DNA of 63,746 bases, the filler included, from Octopus bimaculoides (lineage: Eukaryota): assembly GCF_001194135.2 (NCBI RefSeq). It is 8 parts of 6 records of this genome, joined end to end, with 100 filler letters (N's around TTAATTAATTAA, not from the genome) between each part and the next. Parts side by side here need not be neighbours in the genome. Positions count along the whole stretch, not along the records: positions 1 to 13,543 come from NC_069002.1; 7 more parts are not named here. The stretch is one strand, 5' to 3'. A program made the translations under genes and the position numbers. The stretch's first letter is position 1. Every line of letters begins with the position of its first letter. The notes under the pieces are model-generated. The model worked only from the letters and a program-made list of their open reading frames with translations. It searched no databases and was not told the DNA's origin. Below, in pieces: positions 1 to 12,144 of the stretch.

Positions 1-117
1 GTGGAGCTTTTAGGTGCTTTCGCTCAATAAACACTCACAACGCCCGGTCTGGGAATCGAAACCGCAATCCTATGACCGCGAGTCCACTGCCCTAACCACT
101 GGACCATTGCACCTCCA
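1..117 (-). mobile_element. tRNA(Arg-like)-derived SINE head, cut by the window edge
   Basis: The reverse complement (GTGGAGGTGCAATGGTCCAGTGGTTAGGGCAGTGGACTCGCGG...GGTTTCGATTCCCAGACCGGGCG) has A/B-box-like motifs and closely matches the full copy at 39103-39489. Confidence 0.8.
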
Positions 118-640
118 CCATGTGTAAGAATAGCTTGTGTTTAACTATTCATGTCTGTATGACCCTCCTATATGTCGACTTCTTTCTCACAAGCATATAT
201 TTATATACGCTCATATTTCCAAACATATATTTATACAAACTAAGATACTAGCCTGCATCTAAGCATAGTAAACTCCATGCTCATAGCAGGTTTATTGCAA
301 TATATCACAATTATTTGCTTTGCAAGTAATTCATATTGCGTTGAGACGAAAATATATGAGGCGACAGTGGTTTAAACATTAAAAGCAACATTTATCACTG
401 TTAATATTAATGTTTACCTTTTCCCCCCTCGAAGTCTTGCAGATGTTTCCAAATCTTCTTGTGATTAACTTAATACAATCACATACAGAGTAAGGAAAAA
501 TGTGTATACATGCACACAAGCTTATATGCATAATACACACACACATACACACACACACACGCACACATATATATAATAATAATACATAAATTATATATAT
601 GTATATATATATGTATCAATGTGTATGTGTGTGTGTGTAT

Positions 641-845
641 ATTCTTTTATTCTTTTATTTGCTTCACGCATTTGACTGCGGCCATGCTGGAGCACCACCT
701 TTATTCGAGCCAATCGACCCCAGGACTAATTCTTTGTAAGCCTAGTACTTATTCTATCGATCTCTTTTGTCGAACCGCTAGATTACGGCGACGCAAGCAC
801 AGTAGCATCGGTGGTCAAGCGATGTTGGAGGGACAAACACAGAAA
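641..845 (-). mobile_element. SINE-like interspersed repeat; left member of an inverted pair
   Basis: Reverse complement of the repeat at 1283-1465; related pieces at about 30835-30960, 43988-44210 and 50290-50365. It ends in a (AAAAGAAT)-type tail on the minus strand. Confidence 0.65.
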
Positions 846-861
846 CAAACAAACAAACAAA

Positions 862-897
<36 letters not shown>

Positions 898-1282
898 NNN
901 NNNNNNNNNNNNNNNNNNNNNNNNNNNNNNNNNNNNNNNNNNNNNNNNNNNNNNNNNNNNNNNNNNNNNNNNNNNNNNNNNNNNNNNNNNNNNNNNNNNN
1001 NNNNNNNNNNNNNNNNNNNNNNNNNNNNNNNNNNNNNNNNNNNNNNNNNNNNNNNNNNCAAAATCCATCACAAGGCTTTGGTCGGCTTGAGGCTATAGCA
1101 GAAGACATTTGCCCGATGTGCCACGTTGTGGGACAGAACCCGGAAACATGTGGTTGGAAAGCAAGCTACTTACTACAGAGAGAGAGAGAGAGAGAGAGAG
1201 GGGGAGAGAATCTGAGCCATGTGATTGGATTTGGTAGACGGAAACTGAAAGAAGCCCGTCGTATATATGCGTGTGTGTGCGT

Positions 1283-1465
1283 GTATTTGACTGTGTTTGT
1301 TCTCCCACTATCATTTGACAAACGATGCTGGTGTGTTTACATCGCCGTTAACTAGCGGTTCGGCAAGAGAGACCAATAAAATATGTATTAAGCTTATAAT
1401 GAATAATTCCTGGGGCCGATTTATTCGACTAAAGGCCGTGCTGCAACATGGCCGCAGTGAACTGC
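1283..1465 (+). mobile_element. SINE-like interspersed repeat; right member of the inverted pair
   Basis: Shares GATGCTGGTGTGTTTAC...TAGCGGTTCGGCAA...CCTGGGG...ACATGGCCGCAGT with the reverse complement of 641-845. Confidence 0.65.
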
Positions 1466-1625
1466 GAAGAATCTCATGAAGAGGATCTGAAGTGGCTTTC
1501 CCAGAACCCCTTTGCATTTCTTTAGAAGGATTGCTGGTAATTCATCAGGGACTGTGTCTGCGTTTGAGCTCATTTTGTCAGCGACTAATATTACATACGT
1601 TTCTTCTTTTCCGATGTTATCACTT
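1466..1625 (-). mobile_element. CR1/L2-type LINE reverse transcriptase N-terminal fragment (degenerate)
   Basis: The minus frame reads DKMSSNADTVPDELPAILLKKCKGVLGKPLQILF, resembling the A-GPDG-P--LLK-C---L--PL--LF motif that precedes RT domain 1. Confidence 0.6.
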
Positions 1626-2289
1626 AGGTACAGCGGTGGTATAAAAGTATTCATCAGGCATAGATACATAGATATTTGCAAGTACCTCTATGGAGTTGTG
1701 AAAACATTGTTCTCTGCACATTCAGTATTTCACTGACCCTCTGGGGATCTGCAGTTGGTCAGCAAAACAAAAAACAAAATATATATATATGGCTGAAACA
1801 AATAGAATGTGTGTATATATATATATATATATATACATATATATAAATTTAATGAGAGGATATGTTGACCTCAAGAAAGGATGGTTGCATCAAAGGAAAT
1901 ACTGGTTCAATACCTAGTATTGTTAGGAAATAAAATTCCATTAAAACAAAATGTGTACATTAAGCATATTCTTTATGTCCAGTTAAAAGAAGAACAGAAA
2001 ATGGAGATAAGGAAGTTAGCACCTTTACCTCTATGTACATATGCTCACGAGCACATGCGCGCACACACACAAGAACGTACGCATATGTACATACATGTAC
2101 ATGCACGGGTGCATATGTATGTGGGCGCGCATACGCGCACATTTATACCTGTGCACACACGTCCGTGAGAAGATGCATATGCGCAGTCCCACACATGCAC
2201 GCGCGCTCATATACTCATGCACAAGGGATGATGTACAAGGAATAAGCGAATGCGGGTAGACCGTCATGGAAAAGTGTTGGGGATTGATG

Positions 2290-2530
2290 ATTTGCGGTGC
2301 TGTGGATGGGGGTTAATTTATGACGGTGACCTTGGTGCAGGTGGTCCTAGGGGTGGCCAGTATTAAGGAAGTATATCCGGGTTGTTCGCAGCCAGTGGCT
2401 GGATATTTACCAGAAGGCTGTACCTCTGGTGACAGCAATACGATACCTCATATTTCTTGTTGATGTATACTACGAGTTGTTAGATGATACGCAGTTTTCC
2501 GCGGCGGCACAGCTGTCAATTAGGGGCAAA
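2290..2530 (-). mobile_element. Possible LINE APE-endonuclease fragment
   Basis: The minus frame LVVYINKKYEVSYCCHQRYSLLVNIQPLAANNPDILP*YWPP resembles the (GG)V-VYI...I---YRPP segment of APE endonucleases. The match is weak and by eye only. Confidence 0.35.
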
Positions 2531-2592
2531 TATCATCTACCATCCAGCAATATCCATCAACAAGAAATATGAGGTGTCATCTTGCTGTCACC
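2428..2592. repeat. 62-bp imperfect inverted repeat with a 41-nt spacer
   Basis: 2428-2489 (GGTGACAGCAATACGATACCTCATATTTCTTGTTGATG...TAGATGATA) matches the reverse complement of 2531-2592, including an 18-nt perfect core. Confidence 0.85.
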
Positions 2593-2751
2593 AATCGAAC
2601 TCCTCAAATTCTGACCCCAAATGGGCGAAGACTAACCACACTCTTGCAACTCAGAGTACCAAAGAGTCTGAATCAAACTGCTTTGATCTATGCACGTAAC
2701 TCGCAATAAATGCGTTGAGCACCCTTCTGTCGTTTATTTACTCATTCGTAT

Positions 2752-2806
<55 letters not shown>

Positions 2807-2824
2807 CGCATATAAATATATAGA

Positions 2825-3450
2825 GAAGGCACTGCAATCCCAGAGTCACAATGTGTGCTTTCACTACTTGCGACCCTCAACTTTATGATCAGTATGTGCA
2901 ATGATGCCTCCTTTCATGTGCACATTATCAAGATGGCAGCAAAATGCGGACAACTGGAAGGAGGGATACTAAGTTCTTCGAAACAAGAGACAAAGAGGTT
3001 ATATTACTCCAGTGGTGGACTTTTGTTCTCAGCCAGCTGGACTACCGCTCTCAGCCACGGTTATCAGATAGTGCTAAACAGATCGAAACAGAACAGCAGG
3101 TGAGCTACAGGTAGAGACTGAAAAATCTACAACTTACTCTTTGGAAAGAAGGAGCAACAGATATGTAATAATATACATATGGAAAATAACTACAAGCGCT
3201 AGTATCTGACGTCGGCCTTGAATGTTATACAAATACCAGAACTGGACGCCACTGAATTGTACCAAAGGTACCATTCACTCCATCTAAACTCAGGACCAGG
3301 TACCGCAATAGTCTAGGGTTCAAAGGCCAGCAGCTCTTCAATGCCCTGCCACGAAAATGAAGGAACCTACAAAATATATTTTCCTTCCCGGTGGCCCGGT
3401 ATGACGTAAAGACAATAGCAGCGGAATTAAACTCCCTCATACACCAACAA
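2825..3450 (+). mobile_element. CR1/L2-type LINE, RT C-terminal region and 3' end (frameshifted)
   Basis: Peptide remnants: NDASFHVHIIKMAAKC, LSQLDY, ERR--RY-IIYIWKI, NTRTGRH*IVPKVP, RTRYRNSLGFKGQQLFNALP, NSLIHQ. Confidence 0.8.
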
Positions 3451-4758
3451 TGGGGACAAGGGAAAATATAGGAGTGGTGATGTGAAACACCCCCGACTTC
3501 AGGAAATCAGCAAATCCACGGGGGTGCTCCAGGATGGCCGCATTCTGTTTCCAGCATTCCACATTAATGTCAAATAAGCTTGTTTTGACAGTAATTTCAA
3601 AGACCAAATTCCTTTTAAAAACATTAACCATCTTCTCTCAAACACTTTACAAAAAGTTTCTGCGTCTTGCATAACCCAAATGTGAACTCCTATCTCTCTG
3701 ATGACCGCTACACCTTAGAACTTCAGAAATTTTAATGATCATGGATATGCAGGACATCGTCTAAGAAGTTTCAGCGAAAGATATACGAGATTATGTACAC
3801 TGCATATGTCTCTTACCCGTTCATTATACCGTGCGACACGATTTTTGTCCTTGGAGAACAATTGTTATTTCCTATTTGCTTACCCCTAGAAAGTATGAAA
3901 AAGGGCTACTATTTCCGTCAACCTTTGCTTTTGTTGCGATATTTATTCAAGCCCAAAGAATCCCTCTCAGCACGTGGCAATGATGCTTCCCCACTACTTC
4001 CCCACATATTGTCAGCCTCTAAGGGACATGCTCAAATGTTTAAGGCCAAGCAACTTAGAAACAAATCTGTGGTACTGAGCAGAATATTTGCTATAACGAT
4101 ATTTCTGCTTCAGCAACTTCGGCGCTGAATCTATCTGAAATATAATGGAAAAAGTCAGTTTCAAAACATTGATTTCTAGATGATCTCAAGTAGGAAATAA
4201 CACTTACTGAACAATGACAGAAAAAAGTTATGTTACACAGTGTTATCCGTTGTATCCTTTTGAAGCCTTAGGCATGATTGAGGGGGGGAAAAAAAACCAA
4301 CGTCTACGTCGGCGGTTCTTAACCAGAGTCTATATGGCCCTTGGGGGTTCATATAAAAGTTTGTTAAAATTTACGTGCAATAAACTGGTCACATTTCTAC
4401 AATGCTCAAAATATATTTTTTTATACAGGTACCAAGAATATTTCATCATAAAAATATAAGAGTTTTCGAACATTAAATGGCTGAGGATTCCCTCACCTTC
4501 TCCTGTGTAAAACGGGAGCCAAATGAGTCCATACGTTAGAAAACTGTTTCAGAATCACTGGTTTAAGTTATTACGTAATTAACTCATCATAAAGAATCTA
4601 ACCACAAGAGTCAGTCTTTTGGTTGAAAAGTCTTACTTTGACTTACAAAGAATTTCCAGACAATTCCATATCCAGTATACCATTTTACTGTTAGTCCTTC
4701 GTATTTATCCTTCTTCCTTTCTGTTTTCTTTCTTTTTTCTTTCTTTTTCCTCTCTTTG

Positions 4759-4808
<50 letters not shown>

Positions 4809-6224
4809 NNNNNNNNNNGATCTCTTCTCTCTATAGAATATCTCTCTCTCTCTCTCTCTCTCTTTCTCGTTTTCCTCTACTCTACATGGACAAAATGTTT
4901 TTTTAATCTCACCTCTCACGATGTTGCGACATTACAACAATTTGTTTTGTTTAAAGATGTTATGAAAATAGACGGCTGGTTTCAAAATAAACATCTTGAT
5001 AATTACACTGCTAAAACACGTTCTATCTGTCTTTAGTCTTTAGTCTTCAAAAGCTAACCATTTTATCAGTTTTTCCAACTGCACAACAATTATATTTCGA
5101 AATTTTTTTTCATATTTGTCTTAAGAAAACAAAATAAAAATATAACAAAACCGCGCACACACACACACACGTATGTTTGTGTTTGTGCATGTATGTGTAT
5201 GTGTGTGTGTGTGTGTGTGTGTATGTGTGTGTGTATGTGTGTGTGTGTGAGTGTGTGTGTTTGGTTAGTAGTGCAAATAAGATAAATAAGCTTGACAACT
5301 CTTTGACAAATGACATGCGCGGATCTGTCAGGCCTTGAGTCACTTCGTAACAGCCATGTGTACACACACACACACACACGCACGCACACACACGCACACA
5401 CACATACACACACACACACATATATATATATACATACATACATGCATACATACATACATACATACATACGTACATACATTCATATATACATATTCATGCG
5501 ATACACGTGCATATGTACGTATTTTTGCATATATAATCGTGGGTATTTTTGCTGAATATCAATAATAAATAAAATGATTATGAAATTACAAAGGTCTCGA
5601 AATTGAAGTATTCAAAATGTGTGTCAAAAAGCTGAAGACAATATCCGTAATGATTAGAGTATTGCGTATGATAAGAAAAAGTTTTGAACAAAATGTAGAG
5701 GCTATACCTGGACCCTCAACACTACACACAATCGAAACAATACTTCTGCTAGAAACAGCCCACATCCACGCAAGACACTATCAATTCAATACCACAGATT
5801 TGCTTGTCAGTAGCTTGATCTGAACCTGTTGAGCATGTATCTTTTACTTTATATATATATATATATATTTGTCCAAAATCATGGAGTAGGAGGGAGTACA
5901 TGAAAGAGTATTATAAGTGAAGGGAGGGGAGAGAAAATAGTAATTCAGTGAAGGAAAAGTAGTGAGAGTAATAGCCATGACCGAGAGGAAGTGATAGAAA
6001 ATAATAGCAATGAGGGAGAGGAAGTAGCAAAGACAGCGCCCTGTATCTTCTACTATATGTTGTGTTTTTATCCGTCACAACATATGAATGAGAAAGGAAG
6101 GGTGCTAGTTGAATAAGGAAGGGAGAGCTGAAAAGAAAAACCAAACAGCGTTTCAACTCTGTGTGAGCATATGCGTGTATGTGTTTGCGTATACAAGGGA
6201 AGTATGTGAATGTTTGTATATGTG

Positions 6225-6788
6225 AACCAGCGTCCTTTCAGTAATAAATGATGATTGAGGTCACATCTCAAAAGACAACCTGTAGATAACATTGGCAAGT
6301 GTATTAATTTTGATTTACCATCCATATTCTATCTGTTGGGTTACGAATAATTTTTACAATCAAACACATCTACACGAACATATACATATACAAACTCATT
6401 AGCGAAAATAATTATTGCCTGAGTGTATCAAGGATATAAAACGACTGCAGTTGAAAGGTATATTATAAATGCACATCTTAATTTAACAGTTTATTACGGC
6501 TCCTATATTTATAAGAAATCTTTGCCCAGTGTATTTTCAGTAACTATACATGAACTAACCAGCGTCCTTTCAGTAATTAACGGTGATCGATGTCACATCT
6601 CAAAAGACAACCACTGGATAACATTGACAAGTGTATTAATTTGATTTACCATTCATATTCTATCTGTTGGTTACAAGTAATTATTATAATCACACACATC
6701 TACACAAACATATACGCATACAAACTCATTAACGAAAATAATTATTGCTTGAGTGTATGAAGAATATAAAACGACTACAGTTGAAAAG
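6225..6788. repeat. Tandem duplication of about 235 bp with a 332-bp period
   Basis: AACCAGCGTCCTTTCAGTAA...AAAACGACT(G/A)CAGTTGAAA occurs at both 6225 and 6557 with scattered substitutions. Confidence 0.9.
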
Positions 6789-6849
6789 TAATTATAAATA
6801 CATATTTTGAACAGAGAGTTTTTACAAACATGAACGGACTGCTTTTTGT

Positions 6850-7162
6850 GGCTTTAAATCGTATGAGTTTAGGTTGGTTTCAGTAATGGAGAGCGCAAGT
6901 GAAAGGAAACGTCGCTTCAAATAAGTTGGTATTTACCTGCCAGCTCCTGGATTTAGTCACGGCCAGCTTTATGTGGCCTAAAGTCGTACGAGAAGGAAAG
7001 AGAATTTTACAATTATTTTGAAGGAAACAAACAGTCGAGGGTTGTTAATTGTGGATAGATTTTTCATTAAAAATTTGGTAATAAAAGAATTATTAAACTA
7101 AAAACTAATTTATATATAAAGTAGTACAATTAGCCGTCATTTTTGACGGCACGGGGTCATCC
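6850..7162 (+). mobile_element. Helitron 3' end: PIF1-like helicase C-terminal remnant plus subterminal hairpin
   Basis: Translation VGIYLPAPGFSHGQLYVA*SR matches the Helitron RepHel motif VGxYLxxPVFSHGQLYVALSR. A GC-rich hairpin GCCGTCA-TTTT-TGACGGC lies at 7133-7150; the canonical CTAG terminus is not intact. Confidence 0.8.
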
Positions 7163-7229
<67 letters not shown>

Positions 7230-7345
7230 GGTTGTGATGCATCAGCCTGGTGTACCCTTATCAGACGGATAGTCATGATGGGTATATTGGGCTTCGTATG
7301 TTTTACCCCAGTGTCACTTTGATGGCATGCCCTGCTCTCTCACTC

Positions 7346-7385
<40 letters not shown>
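7163..7385 (+). mobile_element. 5'-truncated retroelement 3' end (about 7229-7345) embedded in a (TAA)n array
   Basis: Matches the 3' end of the longer copy at 51975-52563 (CCTGGTGTACC-TTATCAGAC...CTCTCTCAC-CAATAATAAT); flanked on both sides by (TAA)n. Confidence 0.65.
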
Positions 7386-7387
<2 letters not shown>

Positions 7388-7414
7388 GCATTTAATTTTA
7401 TTCTTCTTTTCCAG

Positions 7415-7550
7415 GTACCCTTATTTGCTGCACATCTCTACGATGCCGTGTATTTATATGCAGAATGCATTCACAACATGTTGCTTGAGAACCTCAATAT
7501 ACGGAATGGTACCGACGTCATTAACAGAATTCGCAACAAACGTTTCCAAA
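7415..7550 (+). CDS. Internal exon of a receptor guanylyl cyclase / natriuretic peptide receptor-like gene (extracellular ANF-receptor domain)
   Basis: Acceptor TTCTTCTTTTCCAG and donor A|GTAAG; 136 nt, phase 0 to phase 1. Encodes VPLFAAHLYDAVYLYAECIHNMLLENLNIRNGTDVINRIRNKRFQ, matching the AAxLYDAVxLYA...NGT-I---I-N--F segment of receptor guanylyl cyclases. Splices in frame to 12474. Confidence 0.9.
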
Positions 7551-8007
7551 GTAAGATTCTAGATCTTTTTTTTTTTTCTTTTCTGGCTACATGTTGATAA
7601 ACCCTGCCTAATCCCAAAAGGCATATTAACTTTATTTTCTTCATCTTCCGCTGCTTTTATTTTTACTTTTGTTCTCGCATTCATCAACATTACATCAGCC
7701 GGAAACGTTGCACTTTCTTTCGTTCTGTCGCTGACATTAGCATAGCATACAAATGCTATTATGGAGATTTGGGCTTGCAAAACTCGTCTTTTCTTACTCA
7801 ATGCCATTTTTCTTCATCGCTTATGTATGAATATGTGTATCTCGCATGTTTTCGTACTCGCACGAACACACACACATACACATTTGATATCTAATGAGTA
7901 GATAACGCATGTAAGCGCAAATTCCGTTAAAATATTATAATAAAAAAACGTGAAAACCAGGTTATGTTTTAACTTTATTCAACTGATATATTATTCTATA
8001 AACATTT

Positions 8008-8043
<36 letters not shown>

Positions 8044-8479
8044 GCATATGTGTAGTGATGGATAAGCAGANNNNNNNNNNNNNNNNNNNNNNNNNNNNNN
8101 NNNNNNNNNNNNNNNNNNNNNNNNNNNNNNNNNNNNNNNNNNNNNNNNNNNNNNNNNNNNNNNNNNNNNNNNNNNNNNNNNNNNNNNNNNNNNNNNNNNN
8201 NNNNNNNNNNNNNNNNNNNNNNNNNNNNNNNNNNNNNNNNNNNNNNNNNNNNNNNNNNNNNNNNNNNNNNNNNNNNNNNNNNNNNNNNNNNNNNNNNNNN
8301 NNNNNNNNNNNNNNNNNNNNNNNNNNNNNNNNNNNNNNNNNNNNNNNNNNNNNNNNNNNNNNNNNNNNNNNNNNNNNNNNNNNNNNNNNNNNNNNNNNNN
8401 NNNNNNNNNNNNNNNNNNNNNNNNNNNNNNNNNNNNNNNNNNNNNNNNNNATATATATATATATATATATACAGACTAT

Positions 8480-9560
8480 GCAACAAGGGTGGAGACCCCT
8501 GTGTTGTATGGTCTGCCCTTTGAGCTTCAACTTCATATGCCAGACTTGACGGATGTCTGCCACAACTGCCAGCAAAACAGGACGGTTCACAGTGCGGTGA
8601 GCCGTGGTGTGATCGTGCCGTTGAGAAAAGACCCGAACAGAGGGGATGAAATAGATAATTTTAGGTCCATAACTCTGCTGAACGCAGGTTATAAGATTGC
8701 GGACACGGTAATAGCCAAGAGGTTGGTGTTTGTCATCGATTAACTGGTCCGTGATCGCAGATATGTTCTATCCCAAACAGATCTATCCGTCACTACCTCT
8801 ACCTCATGGTTGAGAGTTGAAGGAAAGAATCTGGCATGGGTGGGTGCCCCGATTAATTTGGATTAATCAAACAGTTTTGATAGTGATGACCACTAACAAT
8901 TGTACGTTGTCCTAGTAGCAGTTGGTGTTTTAAGAGGCTGGATTGCTGCAATGTACAGCGACGTTCGTTCAGTGGTCAAAGTAAATGGATAACGATCCGA
9001 ATTGTTTATCATCGCACGTCTGCCCCTCCTGTACGTGCTGGCTCTCGTGGCATTACTAAGGAAGTCAGACGTTTCGAGAGGCATCGCGTGTGACCTAGGA
9101 CGCGGAAGTTTCGTGCCGGCTCCTGCAGACGATGTTGCAGTAACACTGTCTGACACTTCGGAAATCGAGGTGATCGGCATTACCTTAAGAGGGGAGTAAA
9201 GATTAATAAGCCTGTCGGTCTGCATCTCGGCACCTGGAGAGACAAGTCCATGCCAAATGACAGCGTCGTAGTGCGCTGGACGGAAGAACCGGTTAAACTG
9301 CTTGAGATCCGGTTTGTTCCGGGCCTCCAGGTTGACAAGAACTAGGAGGAGGTAGAAGCATGGTAGCCAATCTCACTCAGAAATGAGCAGAGAGTAAGCC
9401 ATCCATGAAAGGACAGGTGGAGGTGGCGAATGCGTACATTTTCGCACACTCCATTCACTACCACCTAACTGTTTCCGTTTTCTGTGGAAGGGACGTGTTC
9501 CAGTCGTCAGAAAGTCCATCTGCTATCAACAGCCGCTGAGTGGAGCACTGGGCATGCTTT
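8480..9560 (+). mobile_element. L1/Tx1-clade LINE reverse transcriptase, degenerate
   Basis: Motif remnants: GLPFE, RGVIVPLRKDP, NFRSITLLNAGYKI, INLD*SNSFD, GWIAAMYSDVRSVVKVNG, PLLYVLAL, ADDV, FLWKGRVP. Multiple stops and frameshifts. Confidence 0.85.
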
Positions 9561-9660
9561 AGCTAATGATACGCAGGTAGCGACATCGCATGTTGCGACA
9601 TCGCAGGTTGCGACATCGTTCACTAGATAACAATGGCACTCTTCTTTTAATTATGACTCG

Positions 9661-9696
<36 letters not shown>

Positions 9697-9712
9697 GTTA
9701 TTATTATTATTA

Positions 9713-9755
<43 letters not shown>

Positions 9756-9756
9756 C

Positions 9757-9980
9757 AAAGTGGCGAGCCGGCAGAATCTTTATCACGCTGGATGAAATGC
9801 TTAAAGCATTTCTTCCTTCTTTATGTTCCGAGTTCAAGTTTCACCGAGTTCATCCTTTGCCTTTCATCCTTTCTGGGTCGATGAAATAAACATCAGTTGC
9901 GTACTGGGGTCGATCTATTCGATTTAACCCTCTCCCTAAGAATTTCAGGCGTTGTTCCTATTGTAGAAAAGATTATTATT
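9757..9980 (+). mobile_element. tRNA-derived SINE, the most abundant family in the window, with a GCCTTTCATCCTTTC-GGGTCGATAAA core (MetaSINE-like)
   Basis: A-box-like TGGCAGAAT, B-box-like GAGTTCAA, a conserved core and an (ATT)n tail; preceded by a long (TTA)n tract. The superfamily name is from memory of the core motif and is unverified. Confidence 0.75.
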
Positions 9981-9985
9981 GTTCT

Positions 9986-10017
<32 letters not shown>

Positions 10018-11525
10018 TTGTTTTTATTATTCTTACCTGCATCATAATCATCATCAGCGTCATCATCATTTTATTACTATCATCATTATTACGGATGACA
10101 GATGAATTAGCAATAAATTTAAAACTAATGATTTGTCCACGCTTATTTCGTTTAAGTTTGTTTTGCTTTATATTCTGAGAGGTTTCTGCTTTCTAATTGG
10201 CAATAAATATTTTTTAATATTTTTTAAAATGTTGCCATATTTAATTGTCTTCAAACATTCCGAAGTAATTTTATCCAACTTGTGGTATCAGAGTTGTAAA
10301 GAATTCTATATCATATTCTTCACAATGTTTATAAACAAAATACATATCTGCATATATATATATATATATATANNNNNNNNNNNNNNNNNNNNNNNNNNNN
10401 NNNNNNNNNNNNNNNNNNNNNNNNNNNNNNNNNNNNNNNNNNNNNNNNNNNNNNNNNNNNNNNNNNNNNNNNNNNNNNNNNNNNNNNNNNNNNNNNNNNN
10501 NNNNNNNNNNNNNNNNNNNNNNNNNNNNNNNNNNNNNNNNNNNNNNNNNNNNNNNNNNNNNNNNNNNNNNNNNNNNNNNNNNNNNNNNNNNNNNNNNNNN
10601 NNNNNNNNNNNNNNNNNNNNNNNNNNNNNNNNNNTATATATATATATATGCATATAGTGTACATTTAAACATATAAGAGGTATCCATCATAGGATTCCTT
10701 GCACGCTAGAAAGAACAGCTAATTTCCAAACCACTATACTATTAGGGATAAAACTTCGAAGGGAATGAAAAAAATTATTTATGCTGGACCCTTCAAGAGT
10801 TGTTTATTGCTTGTACAAAGATATGTTTTCCCTCGTACATATCAAAAGGGTTGATGGTGGTGTATGAATCCCCCCTATCCCCCGATCCACTCTGAATCCA
10901 TTGCTGTCGTGGTACAGTTTTAGTTTTTACAGTAGATATATAACGGTAGGCGTAAACTTTGAGAGTAAACTTACTGTACCTTGTTTCTGTACTGACGCTC
11001 CTACAAAACAAATTGGTAAAGAAGGTGAGTGCTAGTGTTAGTTCTACAGACGCGAGTTTCGGGTCACAACGGGAGACAATCACTGTTGGCCAACGTGAAG
11101 GATAGCGCAAATAACTGTGAGATGAACAGCCAAAATGAATGCTGGGAACATTTTAACTGGCGTGCTGGAGGTTACAGTGAGGGTTTTTTTTGTTTTCACA
11201 GTATCTGTAAAAGTAACAAAACCCGAACTGCGGGACCTTATTTTTATGTTTATTATCTCTTTTTTTTCTTTTTCAAATTTTTGGTTGTCAAAATTAGGGT
11301 GTATCCTCAAGAACGCAGCGTCTTCGACACCAGGGTATACTGTACTCATATTTTGAATGGATAATATCTTACAGTTCTATATTTAAGAGATGAGGAATTA
11401 TTTACATTATTCACGGCAGCGACCTGATTAATAATAGTAATAATAATAATAATAATAATATAATAATAATAATAATAATATTAACATCGATAGGAATGAG
11501 AACCCAGGTTCGAAATTTCCCCAAG

Positions 11526-11569
11526 ACACCTGACGAAGGCTGGAGGGTATGTCAACCGAAACATTGTGT
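11526..11569 (+). ncRNA. Minimal type I hammerhead ribozyme motif (family B, slightly degenerate)
   Basis: ACAC-CUGACGA-A-GGCUG(GAGGGUAUGU)CAACC-GAAA-CAUU-GUGU. Stem I is ACAC/GUGU, the core is intact, stem II has one mismatch, and the AUU triplet predicts a cut after 11565. Confidence 0.6.
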
Positions 11570-12144
11570 TAACAACAAACAAGATGAGGACGAATATCCG
11601 TCAAATGTAAATAATGGATAATATTTTGTCTTCCACGCTGTAATTGTTTTTGTTTCAACACACAGTTTCAGCTCAAATCAGTCACCAAGCGTTTACATGA
11701 GTCAACGAACAATGTATATACGTGGTTGGATGTATATTTGCAATCATTAAAAGAATTTACCTTTATACCGGTTGGGATGAGACGACAGAAAACGTGATAC
11801 TTCAATCAAAAGACTTAGCATTATAATTTACAATCCCCGCAGAGTTATCTTCCCTGATCATACATCAGAATTATGTCAGTGCCCTACTAATGGCCCCACA
11901 TGGAAATTTTTTGTAATTTAAATTTATTTCTAATTAGCTTGATCCATAAATTGTTAGACCGTTATCAAGCTATTTCATTTTTACGAGTAACGTTTCAATT
12001 ACGTCTCCGATTTAGCTCGACATTAAGAAATAAGATGTGTTGTATAATGTTAAAGATTTCGTTGTATAAGTATAAATTAATGTGAAATGTATGATTCACA
12101 CACACACACACACGTGTATGTAAACGTAAGTATGTGTATGTTTG

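Noticed and set aside
3750-4128. ORF with KKFQRKIYEIM...YPFIIP as a possible upstream guanylyl cyclase exon
   Set aside because: The spacing does not fit the F--KV---L--PPF pattern, there is no polypyrimidine acceptor, and there is no phase-0 donor.
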